Assembly (NCBI GenBank): GCA_951406725.2
Contig: OX597823.1
Location: 46,190,001-46,254,000 of the forward strand
Length of the DNA stretch: 64,000 bases
Direction: 5' to 3'
Source of the DNA: Octopus vulgaris
Taxonomy: Eukaryota
The position numbers and the translations under genes were made by a program. The stretch's first letter is position 1; the number at the start of each line of letters is the position of its first letter. Below, piece after piece: positions 24,516 through 37,749 of the stretch. The notes below the pieces were generated by a model, which saw nothing but the letters and a program-made list of their open reading frames with translations, was not told the DNA's origin and ran no database searches.

Positions 24516-24545
<30 letters not shown>

Positions 24546-24549
<4 letters not shown>

Positions 24550-24715
24550 CTGGTGGCATTTAACTTAGGAAATAAATTCATGAAAGAAACGTCAGCGTGT
24601 CTTTTGTATAAGCGATAAACTACGTCACTCTGGATCCTACATCCACGCAAAATGACTCGGTCTTTGATAGCCGAATGCTTTCTTACAAGTGATGGAATGC
24701 AACATTTTGGCTACT
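24546..24715 (-). repeat. 170-bp inverted copy of 29660-29829
   Basis: No mismatch seen by eye; flanked by (TA)n on both sides. Confidence 0.9.
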
Positions 24716-24716
24716 A

Positions 24717-25047
<331 letters not shown>

Positions 25048-25085
25048 CATAAATATATATATATATATATATAAGTTTATATATA

Positions 25086-25171
25086 CGGGGGGTATATGAA
25101 AAGACTTGAGCCCCCAAAAAACAAGACATGGTACAAGACTTCAAGGCTCAAAACTTTTTATACACCCCTCA
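25086..25171. mobile_element. Mariner-type MITE (~86 bp)
   Basis: TA-cggggggtatatgaaaagacttgagcc ... ggctcaaaactttttatacacccctca-TA; ~27-bp imperfect TIRs. Confidence 0.7.
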
Positions 25172-25181
25172 TATGTGTATG

Positions 25182-25260
<79 letters not shown>

Positions 25261-25621
25261 ATGTATGTATGTATGTATGTATGTATGTATGTATGTATGT
25301 ATATAGTCATTATAGGCACATTACTGATAAGTATATCCAATTGATTTATTGATCAATTGAGGCAAATTGAAGGACCAAAGAAGACTAATGCTACATACGT
25401 AACAAGCAGAGCACTTGAGGAATGGCTTTTGTGTGGGGAAGGTGTGGCAAGATGGAGATATTCAAGCAAAATAGAGAACAGGGGAAGACAGGTTACTTAC
25501 AAAGGTGTGGAAGCATGTAAGGACGTGGTCCATAAGCCACATAGTAGAATTAGAAACCAAATTTGGAAAAGGACATTCTCGAATATAAGTCAGCACCCAT
25601 TACCATACTAGCATTGTATAT

Positions 25622-25912
25622 CACGTGATCACGTGACCGACCAGACCATCAGATGTTGTTACACATTGCTGGTCCCAATGCGTTCGCATTGTTTAAGCCT
25701 TCGAATGACGCCAACCCGCTGGCTAAGCGAGCAGGCCAACAGAAGAAAGAGTGGTGAAAGAGTACAGCAGGGATCACCACCCCCTGCCGGAGCCTCGTGG
25801 AGCTTTTAGCCGTTTTCGCTCAATAAACACACACAACGCCCGGTCTGGGAATCGAAACCGCGATCCTGCGACCGCGAGTCCGCTGCCCTAACCACTAGGC
25901 CATTGCGCCTCC
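25622..25912 (-). mobile_element. Young tRNA-derived SINE (OR-like head) with 12-bp TSD
   Basis: Reverse complement starts ggaggcgcaatggcctagtggttaggg..ggtttcgattccc; TSD agcattgtatat at 25610-25621 and 25913-25924. Confidence 0.9.
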
Positions 25913-26121
25913 AGCATTGTATATATGTTAGATATACTCCAGCTATTGAGTTGAAATTTGATATAGGCTTTTCATGGGCATGAGTCATTCTAAGAAGTAA
26001 CATTCAGTTTTTAATCGAGGCATAGTGGGGGAATAATGTTAGAGAGTGAAAGGACTCGCTCTCAATCCTTAAGAGCTCAGCTTGTTATGTCTAGAAATGG
26101 CTCTGATGAATGTAGCATTAA

Positions 26122-26484
26122 ACTTGTGTTGAAGTCGCTAAGCACCAATAGATATTCCTGATTTGTAGTTTCCGGCGCATGGCTCAGTGCGTAGAGCGTC
26201 GGGCTCACAATCATGAGGTAGGGTAGAGAGTTCAATCCCCTGACCGGGTTGTGCGTTGTCTTCTTGAGCAAGACACTTCATTTCCCGTTGCTCCAGTTCA
26301 CTCAGCTTTAGCAATGTGTTGCGACGTCACTGGTGCCAAGCTGTATCAGCCTTTACCTTTCCCTTGGATACCATCAGTGGCGAGAAGAGGACAGGCTGGT
26401 ATGCATGGGTGACTGCTGATCTTCCATAAACAACCTTGCCCCTGATTTGTTCTTCGGAAAGTAACTTCCCAGATGCAATCCCAT
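26122..26484 (+). repeat. Direct duplication of 21451-21813 (flank plus SINE)
   Basis: About 11 differences in 363 bp by eye; includes 50 bp upstream of the SINE head. Confidence 0.85.
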
Positions 26485-26872
26485 AGGGTCAAGAATAACT
26501 TGAATAAACAGTTTCTAGAAAGGCTGGATTAATTTGCCTCAATTAATCAATAGACCAATTGAGTAAACCAATCAGTAATATACCTATAATGATTAGTGGA
26601 AACAGCTGTAAGCCACATTTGCTCAAATAAAGGAATTATAGGTAAAGAACATTATTTTTGATTGGTTTCTTATATATCACTCTGTATAAACTAGTTTATC
26701 TGGAGCCCATCCACGGGTTTTAAAATACAAAATTGGGATGAACAATAACCTGGAAGCCTATCAAAAGATTACTTGGAGTTTTTCATTAAGCTAAGTGATA
26801 TAGTTAGCTTATGAAGTATTTTGCCCGGATTGATAATCCCGCCCTATTTGTTCTATTTTTATATATAAATAC

Positions 26873-26938
<66 letters not shown>

Positions 26939-27107
26939 ATAGATAGGTAGTTAGATAGATAGAAAGATAGATAGATAGATAGATATTGCGTGTGGAAAAA
27001 ATAATTATAATGAATTATTTTCAGAAGTAAATATTATTTATTGACTTTTGGAGTATTACATCATTCCCGTTGAAATTTCTTGGATATATGAAAAAGATTA
27101 AATAACT

Positions 27108-27502
27108 CGTTTCTACTCTAGGTACAGGGCCCAACATTTTGGGAAAGAGGGGCCAGCCGATTAGATCGACCCCAACACGCAACTGATACATAACGACCCC
27201 GAAAGGATGGAAGGTGAAGTCGACCTCGGCGGAATTTGAACTCAGAACGTAACGGCAGACGAAATACCTATTTCTTTACTACCCACAAGGGGCTAAACAA
27301 AGAGAGTACAAACAAGGACAGACAAACGGATTAAATCGACTATATCGACCCCAGTGCGTAACTGGTACTTATTTAAACGACCCCGAAAGGATGAAAGGCA
27401 AAGTCGACCTCGGCGGAATTTGAACTCAGAAAGGTAGCGGCAGACGAAATACCGCTAAGCCTTTCCTCCGGCGTGGTAACGTTTCCGCCAGCTCGCCACC
27501 TT
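27108..27502 (-). mobile_element. Tandem SINE family A (partial plus complete copy)
   Basis: Two copies of cgaccccgaaaggatg..gtcgacctcggcggaatttgaactcagaa. Confidence 0.85.
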
Positions 27503-27694
27503 AGAGAGTAAATAACTCTATAATAGATTATCTGTGAGTGATATAGTCTTGGATTTCAATCGTTTTCTTTCTTTTTTTTCTTTTTTGTCATGGAGGTTTT
27601 GTTTTTCTTTTATTCTTCATTCAGATTTGTATCAAGAATAACAGCATTAGTAGTAGTTGTAGCAACAACATCAGCAGCATTAATAGTAGGAATT

Positions 27695-27743
<49 letters not shown>

Positions 27744-27929
27744 CAGCAGTAGTAGTAGCAGCAGTAGTAGTAGCAGTAGTAGTAGTGTGATTAAATCGAC
27801 GTTTTATTGAATTGTTATTTTGAACCCGCATTTGCTGTAAATTGTTAAACCTATTCTAGTATTTCTAACAATGGTTACATTAAATGTTCAAAAGTTATCT
27901 ATTATGAAGCCGCAGATTACAACCTCTTC

Positions 27930-27960
<31 letters not shown>

Positions 27961-28307
27961 GAGCTGTCTCTATTTTCTTTGTAACCTATGTCAAAAGTTT
28001 TCTTTCCAATTTGTCTTGTGATAATGAGAAATATTCCAGGTCAACTGTGGATTTACGAAGAATAATTTTCTCCGACGGAGAGTAACACCAATGATGATTT
28101 CCGGCTCATAATACAGACATTCATGTATTCATTATAACATATCATCGAAATACTTATGCATAATATAAGTATATATGTGTCTGTGACTGAAAGAGTGGAT
28201 GTTTCAAACGTCTGGAATTTGTTGATTGATGCAGAATTCCGTATTATTTGTGCAGAGAAATAACTGACTTAATGAGAATGTGTATGAACGCGCGGGTGCA
28301 GCGGTGT

Positions 28308-28343
<36 letters not shown>

Positions 28344-31194
28344 TCACTAAGCAACAACAAACAATATAAAAATATATATAAATAACATAATTAACAACAG
28401 AATTATAGCGAAAAAAGAAAACATTAGATTCTATATGTGAACGTCGTGGTGGAGAAACAGTAAAAAGTAAAAACCATAAAATATTTTTATATCTTTAACA
28501 ATTGCTGTAAAATTTTAAAATATAAATAGAACTTTTAGTGAAACTAGTTTCGGTGTAAAAATGAACAATACGTAAGATGAAAAAAATGTGTATTGTTATG
28601 CTTCAATTGAAAAGTGATAGCGGCATGAATAGTTGGTGATTTGGAATGATGTGGCGCGCAGTTTAAGAATGTTTGAACACTTATGAAGCAGTGGACCGCG
28701 TCAATTTTACGACACTCAGCACTTGAAAAAAAAATTGAAAAGAACAAAAGCCAAGTAACAATAGTGTCATGGTTGAAACAAAATACCATTGAGTTTGCCG
28801 CTTGAAAACTAAAACAGCACGTTAGACACTTTGGCAGTGTACGAAGTTAACTCCATATAATGCTAGGAGATTGTGTAAAAAATGAATAAATCAACCAAAC
28901 AGTAACTCGTTTGATGATGAGACAGTCTAAGCTAATTTTGGGGGTGACCATTTTGATAAAAATTGAAGTAAAGAAAAATTTGCATAAAATTTAAGTTCTT
29001 CAGGAAGCGGTTTGTTTTGATGAAAAAAAAAATCTTCATTATTTTACTGGGTCATTAGATTCTTTAATTAAAAAAATAATCGAATGAAAAGAAGAAGAAA
29101 AAGAAGAAGAAGAAAAGAAGAAAATAATCAGCTTCAGTATTCATTAATTTTCTGCCATTTTTAGAAAAATATCGGTTCGAAAAATTGATTGGTACTACAG
29201 ATTTAAGTTAGTGACCTGGTCTAATGTTTTACAGGATAAATTTGAATTATAAAATATTCCTTACAATGCAGATTTAGTCATCAATATTTCTATATACCGT
29301 CAGATATCTAACGAAGTATCTCTAGATATTATAGTAATTATGTAAAAATTCATGGTTTTTGCAATAAAAAATATATTGTAATAAATTCCAACATTCGAAC
29401 AATGGTGTTCTACTATAAAGAGCTTGAGCGTCGCTATGGGAATAGTTTAATGTAATATGTAAATTTAGTTTAAGAAGACTGTGATGGATGACAGAATGAT
29501 TGTGATTTATGTTGTATATTAAGGACTGGCAAGATGATTGCTAATGATAGTATGACTAGCATCTATGTGGGAATCACTAAAGGTAACATTGTACAAAATA
29601 GCAGAAGCTGAAAATATTTTGATGCAGAATACAGTGTAGAAGGTTTGCTCAGATTTCTAAGTAGCCAAAATGTTGCATTCCATCACTTGTAAGAAAGCAT
29701 TCGGCTATCAAAGACCGAGTCATTTTGCGTGGATGTAGGATCCAGAGTGACGTAGTTTATCGCTTATACAAAAGACACGCTGACGTTTCTTTCATGAATT
29801 TATTTCCTAAGTTAAATGCCACCAGTTATTGCATTCTGTAAAGGGGTACTGGTTGACACACATCTCTTCTATATATCTAAGCACAACATGGGTGTGATCC
29901 ATAATTTCTGAATCTCAGTAACGTACATAATTTGTTTCGTTCTACATTTCTCTTCCATAAAATTTGACGTTATTCATTAGTAAGAAAATATTACTTTTTG
30001 AGTGGCAACATTTAAAATAAACTTTGAATTTTTATTTCTTTCGATAAATTCATGAACTTTAGTAAAGTCATTCTCTAAAGAAAAGGGCTGGTTTTCTAAA
30101 TTTTCTGATTCGACCTTGCTCGGAGCCTGAACTCTTTGAATTCTTCGAGACATAACTATTGATTTTTCTCACGCCTTTCGGCAATAATAAATATTAATAT
30201 AAAGAATTTAAATAAATGAAAAATGGATGACAAAGTAATTTATAGAAGTTCTTTCTCATCATAACTGTAAAGAATAAAATATTTTAAAGAAAGTTGAGGA
30301 GGTTCTAATTAAAATAAACTAAATTTTTAAGTGTTTTTAAGAAATTCTATAACGATGAATTTATAAGCATTCTTTAAATTTAAAAATGGTGAAAATTGTA
30401 TGAATTCATTGACAATGATTGCTGGCTCATTTTGAAGAGAAATCCATTAAGCATTTACTAAAATGAGCCATGTAAGAATAAAATAGCTGGCCAGAAGTAA
30501 CAGAACGAAAGTCTTTCATGTGCAGATGAAAGAGTCGGTTAAAATATGGCGTACCTCTGTGTACCAGTGAGAAAATCTTCAGAGCACGAACTCTTTAACA
30601 GCAAGCTTCTGGTCTGAGTGATGAAAGGCAGATAATGTCCATAAATAGATAACTTAGACGCTATGTTCATTGGTATGACAAACAAGTAGCTAAGTGTTTA
30701 ACGACTACAACGATGCTGGTTACGAAAGGTTTTATTTTTTTATCCTGGACATTCACTAAATACTAGTAATCTCCAATAGACACAGCTTTATGTATTGTCA
30801 GTCACTAATGAAGGGGCAAAATAAAAACAGAAAAACACCTGCTATGCTACTGTCAACGTTAATGCGTTAGAGGTTGGGCATAGAACGCAGTTAGAAAAAT
30901 GCTATTTCGGGAATGTGACACAACTCACAATTTCCATATACTCCATAGAACAATTGAAGAGTTCGACATGGATATATACCAGCACTGGATTTCTCTTTGT
31001 TATTCAGAATCCACATGCATTCATTCAAGTCTTTATGTAGCTGAAGGACCTTTAAATCACTTATACTTTTGTTGTTGTGTTGGGCTGGTTGAATAGTTAT
31101 CTAAATTTGTCGAAGCACCCTACCTAAATCATCATATCTTTCGTCTTTCTCACAGCAAAAATATACCTAACAAAGCTTGTCAATCCGCCCCGTG

Positions 31195-31485
31195 ATCCCA
31201 GCGGATGCAATAGAATAGGCATTGCCCCAGAGGAATGGGAGGAAGACGCGTTGGAACAGTCACTCCGATTCACGGGGCTCGACGTTGAGGATACCCATCA
31301 CTGCACTAACAGCAGTGAAGAGGAATGTCATCCGGGGGCCGAGAACGCCGGAGGTTTCCAACGTCACAGTCTGGAACACAAAACTGTCTGAGAGCTGCCG
31401 ATACTTTGACAGTTTTCCCTTCTCACCTTGACGAGAACCGGAGCCCGGGCTGGCAGCTGGACGCACCCAGTTGGTGCTGGAGAAG
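31195..31485 (-). mobile_element. CRE-clade non-LTR retrotransposon C-terminal (REL nuclease) fragment
   Basis: GEKGKLSKYRQLSDSFVFQTVTLETSGVLGP...EPRESE*LFQRV...WGNAYSI fits the CRE K..KY..L...F.P...ET.G..G...FQR.S...RGNA pattern. Confidence 0.7.
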
Positions 31486-31686
31486 GTGTTGATTGAATTG
31501 TTAGAGTGTTTAGAAAAACTGTTTTATGGTATTTGTTCAGGCACTTTACGTCCTGAGTTCAAATTTGGGTTTTAGTGCTTCGGCTTAGATAAAATAAGTA
31601 CCACTTAAGCATTGGGGTCAATGTAGTCGAATTATCCTCCCCGACCCAAAATGTCTGACCTTATACCAAAATTTGAAGCCATTCTT

Positions 31687-31690
<4 letters not shown>

Positions 31691-31719
<29 letters not shown>

Positions 31720-31829
31720 CTTCTTCTTCTTCTTCTTCTTCTTCTTCTTCTTCTTCTTCTTCTTCTTCTTCTTCTTCTTCTTCTTCTTCTTCTTCTTCTT
31801 CTTCTTCTTCTTCTTCTCATTATTATTAA

Positions 31830-31900
<71 letters not shown>
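31691..31900. repeat. (CTT)n followed by (ATT)n microsatellite
   Basis: Direct inspection. Confidence 0.95.
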
Positions 31901-32223
31901 TTCTCAGATCGAGTAGCCCATCCCGCTCAAAAGATCCCTGAATAAGGGTGGCTTAAGGATGTTGAACGAAACACCCATGTTTCCAGAGGCAAATTATCCA
32001 AACCCCAAAGAATTCCTCTCAACACATGGCTATGATGCTCCCCCACTACTTCTGCTCGGATTAAGTCGATTATATGGAGCCCAGTGCGTAACTGGTACTT
32101 AATTTATCGACCCCGAAAGGATGAAAGGCAAAGTTGACCTCGGCGGAATTTGAACACAGAACGTAACGGCAGACGAAACACCGCTAAGCGTTTTACCCCG
32201 CGTGCTAACGATTCCGCCAGCTC
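31900..32223 (-). mobile_element. Repeat family D fragment (31900-32058) fused to SINE family A (32058-32223)
   Basis: Homology to 18670-18830 and 27330-27495. Confidence 0.75.
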
Positions 32224-32353
32224 AGTGTTGTTGTTGTTGGTACTTGTAAACTGCCAAAAATACCAGTCAAATAATAGGATTCATGTAATTGACTAACTCC
32301 CTTTTCCTCGAAATCAGAAAGCATCATTATTAGCAGTTCAATATTAATTGTAA

Positions 32354-32740
32354 GGTGGAGGCGCAATGGCCCAGTGGTTAGGGCAGCGGACTCGCGGTCA
32401 TAGGATCGCGGTTACGATTCCCAGACCGGGCGTTGTGAGTGTTTATTGAGCGAAAACACCTAAAAGTTCCACGAGGCTCCGGCAGGGGAATGGTGGTGGA
32501 CTCTGCTGTACTCTTTCACCACAACTTTCTGTCACTCTTACTTCCTGTTTCTGTTGTACTTGTATTTCAAAGGGCCGGCCTTGTCACTCTCTGTGTCACG
32601 CTGAATATCCCCGTGAACTACGTTAAGGGTACACGTGTCTGTGGAGTGCTCAGCCACTTACACGTTAATTTCACGAGCAGGCTGTTCCGTTGATCGGATC
32701 AACCGGAACCTTCATCGTCGTAACCGACGGAGTGCTTCCA
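32354..32740 (+). mobile_element. tRNA-derived SINE (OR-like head, family B tail) with 11-bp TSD
   Basis: TSD attaattgtaa at 32343-32353 and 32741-32751; intact A/B boxes. Confidence 0.9.
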
Positions 32741-33226
32741 ATTAATTGTAAATTGTGAATATTTTGGTATACGCTGCTGTTTTTTTTTTCTTAGATTTTA
32801 TGTGTAAATATACAATGTACATGCTTCAAAACAGCAAATAATAAACCTACTATTAGATATGTAAAACCGTATATGTGCGCGATAAAACACAAGACATTAC
32901 CCCAAGTGAGCGTCTTTGCGTATTAATATACAAATTTGCTATAAGACACTGTCAAAAACAGACAGGCTGGTGAACTGCGTATCCATTCCATGGAGGTTGT
33001 TCAAAATTAGAAATGGTACTATTGTTGTTGTCGATGTTGCTGGTGTCTACCTTTGAATCTGAGGCGTAATTACGTTACTGAATGATTTCTTAAAAAAAAA
33101 TTTTGGATCAAGTTTTAAATACTTACATCTTAAGCGATCTTATCAAGTATTTGTTGTGCTACATTGCAGTCGAGTTGCTTTATAAAACATACATACATAT
33201 ATCCATATACACATACGCACATACAT

Positions 33227-33285
<59 letters not shown>

Positions 33286-33717
33286 CATACATACATACAT
33301 GCATACATACATACACATACATATATATATGTACAATGTACGTACATACAAAGTCGTATATATTTATATAACTCTATATAACTATCTTTCTATCTATGTG
33401 AGTGTACGAATGTATATACAAGCATACATATATATACGCACCCCTCCCCCCACACACATATGTATTATATATGAATGTATGTATCAGGTTGTTTATGCAA
33501 ATATGCTCTACTCTCTCTCTTTCTCTTTCACAACTTTGTCTTTGTCTCTCTTTCTATGTCTCTTTTTTCTGTGTATGTATATACATATATACATATACAT
33601 ATATTTATATACATATATATATATACACACACACATATATATATATATACATATATATATATACACACATATATATACATACATATATATATACACACGC
33701 AAACGCACAGACAGGCA

Positions 33718-33754
<37 letters not shown>

Positions 33755-34337
33755 TGTAAACTGTGTGTGGGTACACTTTTTTTTTTAATTCTGAATTTCG
33801 TGAAATATACCACTGTTTTCAAATTTTAACAGCAATTCACTTTTTTTCCTTGCCACTGTTAACTCATCGAATAAGGACGGACTAATCGCTTCTGTTTTTA
33901 TTTTTTCCTTCTTCTTTTACCTCGTAACAAAGAAACATTTTCTCTTTCACACCTAGAGATCCTTTTATAAAAGACTGAATATCCTTTCTTTCTTTATCTT
34001 CCAATTTTTTTTTTCTTCTTTTTCTTTCAGCTGAGAAAACAGCTTCAAATGCTTATATGATACATCTACCGATTATGATATTTTTTTCCCGGATAAATGT
34101 CTCTATTGATTTCATATTCATTATTCTTTTTGATATACAATTTTAAACACAAACATGTAAAAAATATACAGATAATCAAATAGACGCACATGTTATACAC
34201 ACACACGCGCACAGACACGCGCACAGACACACAGACAAAGCACACAGGCACGCGCGCACGCACACTCTTACCTTCCCCCACTCACATATAAAAACTCATA
34301 TATGCTTATAAATTTACGCATGTATATGTTTATATGC

Positions 34338-34386
<49 letters not shown>

Positions 34387-34408
34387 TACATATACGTATG
34401 TGTTTATA

Positions 34409-34469
<61 letters not shown>

Positions 34470-35093
34470 GTGTATATGTATATATATATATATATAGATA
34501 TATATATATTTATATATATATACTTATGTACACACAGACACACACGCGCACACACATATGCATAAACACACATATATACACATGTATATTTGGTCTCTTT
34601 TCTCCATTTTTTTTGCTCATGAAATGCTGGGCCACAGTGTATAGGCGCTGCTCTATGTTGTACATTGATCAGTTATAGTTATACCCGTTTCCTTCAAATG
34701 GTATCAAAGAAGTTGTATATCAGCCATTTATCTGCGCGGTGATATCTATTTTATTGGTCTTTAGTTATAAGTGGGGGGCTGACAGCATCCGCCATTGGGG
34801 ATGGTTAATGTGTGTGTCTGGCGAAAAGCGAGCGTGTTTTTATGTTGCAGATACACATACATACACACACAAACTCACACACTCACACGCACGCCCGAAT
34901 ATATATATATATTCCCATATATATATATATATCTTAATAGAGAAATATGTAATAAATAATGGGTTACTTTCCTCTGTAGATAGAAAGAGACTGACAAATT
35001 CATATAAAGCTTGCTAGCCACGTGACTAGGTAGTTAAATAGATAAATAGATAGACGGACAGACAAACTGCGGAAGAGACAGATAGCAGGTAGG

Positions 35094-35166
<73 letters not shown>

Positions 35167-35802
35167 TGATTGATGGATTGACTGATTGATTGACTGACTG
35201 ACTGATTTCAGAGCCTTCCTCATAACACCTGAATGTTACCCATAAATCTGTTACATGCTCAAAATATTAACTTATTGCATTCAGCATTACTGTATAGCTA
35301 TACTATAAACTATACTTCCAAGTCATACCAACTGTGCTAACGGTGTCTTTGTGTCATGAGAGTTGTCTTGGTCGCCTTTATATCTTGTCTGGAGCCAATT
35401 AAGTTCTTCACATATGTGTTTCACGTGGTGAAACGAAGTTGTTAGTATTTAAATATGGGCGGATGTCGAATTGTTTTTTAAATATAAACTTAGGATTGTT
35501 TTAAAATTATTCAACTTGTCCAACACCACAACAAAGGAAGAAAGATTATATGAATATAAACGCTATTAAATCGACCAATTAAGAAAGAGATAAAGGCATG
35601 ATTTCAATTAACATATATTTTGGAAGGAATTTATATTTTTGAGTTTGTGGAAGTCCGTCTCGGAGTTTGAAACAGGAGGTGTTAAAAGTAATGAATATCC
35701 TTAAAGTATTCATTTTAGACATAATCTTAGTTGTTTTTCTATCTCAGCTGATATATTTTACATAATGTGCATCTGTATTCGAATAAAAATTCGTTAATGA
35801 AT

Positions 35803-36100
35803 GAGTATGGCTTAGTAGTTACGGTAGTCGGCTCACGATCGTAAGAGCGCGAGTTCGACTCCTCAGTGGCACGTTTTGTCTTTGAGCAAGAGACTTTTTT
35901 TCATGCTGCTCCAGTCCAGCCAGCTGGCAAGAATGAATTGTTCCTGTATTTCAAAGGTCCAGCCTTTTTCACATTCTGCGTCACGTTGAATCACGTGTCT
36001 GTGGAGTGTTCAGCCACTTGCACGGTAATTTGACGAGCAATCTATTCCATTAATCGGACCCACTGGAACCCTTATCTTTGTAACCGTGGGAATACCAGTC
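35803..36100 (+). mobile_element. SINE family B, diverged
   Basis: tggcttagtagtta, gagttcgactcc, tttgagcaagagact, shared tail. Confidence 0.7.
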
Positions 36101-37749
36101 GTTTTTTTTTTGTTTTGTTTTTTTGCCGTTACTAGACATTGGTGAAGTATAACATGATCAGACACAGTGAAGATGCAGACATCTTGATTATGTTACCAAT
36201 AAAATACATAGACTAAATTTCACAAAATAGATTCGCTGATACAAACTAAGGACTTGATTCTGTAACACTTTAATCTTTTATAATGACGAACTTATCTTAC
36301 TATCAACTGAAAACATATTAGCCATTGTTTAAGAGGGTGGTAAAACACTAGAAAATCGCGTTTGAGTTGAACTGAAGGCGCAAGAATCATGGAGGACTTT
36401 GTGTTTACATGTACATATGTGATAAATCATAACCGTTTGTACTTAGTAATTTTTAAAGTCTTCGAATATGATATGATGTTTTTGTTCTGCCTCACATTTT
36501 AAAATACTTATGTATACATACATCAACATTTGTCTTGTAAACTCAAATATAGTATCAGTAGACGGTCGGAAAAAATCCGTTAGAATTGCTAGAGCGTCGG
36601 ACAAGGTATCTAACGGTTCCTTACATCAGCATTAAGAGCCTGTCAAGGTAATCTTTTGTCTTTCCTCCTTCAGGGTTCGATAAATTAAAGTACCAGTCAA
36701 GTAGTTAAGTGGACTTAATCGACTAACCAATTCACGCAAATTTCTGGCCTTATGCCTACCTTAAGAACACTACTATTACTGTCATTTGGTGTAAATCGTT
36801 GTACAATACAAACAGCACCGAGAATATTGGACAATTACCAGGCAATACAGAAGATTTTCGCTGGTGGTAGTGGTGGTGGGGGGTTAACCCTAGAACAAAG
36901 TGTGGAACAGGATAGAAAAGGACAGGATGTTGGCTTTTTGCGCTTCCAATACAGGGAGAACACATATGGAAGTTCGTGCTTCGTTTCCAAATCTGAGGAA
37001 AAGGAAAGAAAGCAAGTAGAACTGTGAGAGAGTACTGAAAAGATCCTGGTTTTAAAAGTGTCGTGAAAAGCCTGGTTAGATGCCCAACCTTCTGAGTTCT
37101 TTTATAGGCCTTAGAAAAAACCGAAGTATGTGAATAAAATCATAATTAACCGGTCCTCCTGTATTTTCTTTTACCCAAAGCCAGGAACTTTTCAGTACCC
37201 TCTCGTGGTGCGTCACAATAGCTCTCTTAGACTTGCACTGACATATACATAGGACATCGTAACGCGAGTGTTGAATCAAAGGACATTGGTGGCAATGTTG
37301 ACCGTTGACTCGTTTTCGAACTACCAACATCATAGTCCGGACACGTGGTGAACGCTGAGGTTACTCAAAAGATATATGACTGATCGGAGTGTACATGGAC
37401 ACTCTGGTCCTGAGGTACATGAAGTCCAGAGAATATCCTTCAAATACAGAGAATATCCTTCAAATGTGCCCGCCCGTTGTGGGTGCAGACAAATGTGCCC
37501 GTTGTGATGTAGGGTAGAAAGTTTAATTGTCCCACATATAGCTTTAAGAGCTGACTACTTTCTGCTTAGAGGTGCTGGAAAATAGAAAGAGAGAAAGCAA
37601 GCAACATGAAATACAGCAACAATAGTAGCAAACCCTCGCAGCCATGGTCTTCAGATCACTGCTTGTTGATGCTTCAAGTTAGAAAAATAGTCTCGTTCTC
37701 AATATCAGAAGCTTAGGGTCTCTCTCATATTACTTCAACCGATAGTAAC

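Larger units (their letters stand above)
23984..24519 (+). mobile_element. 1.5 tandem copies of the same 360-bp unit, inverted (right arm)
   Basis: Apparently exact reverse complement of the left arm; ends ttagtcccttatgttat into (AT)n. Confidence 0.85.

Noticed and set aside
23383-24519. CRISPR-like array or DNA transposon TIRs
   Set aside because: No spacers; eukaryotic context; arms are head-to-head tandem units without a TSD-bounded TIR structure
25830-25912. tRNA gene
   Set aside because: tRNA-like head continues into a SINE body bounded by a TSD
34005-34130. Plus-strand splice acceptor (ttctttcag at 34030)
   Set aside because: No convincing donor or coding frame downstream
33100-34680. 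Long Y/I/H-rich ORFs, and similar poly-amino-acid ORFs elsewhere
   Set aside because: Translations of (TA)n, (CA)n, (TAT)n and (CAT)n microsatellites
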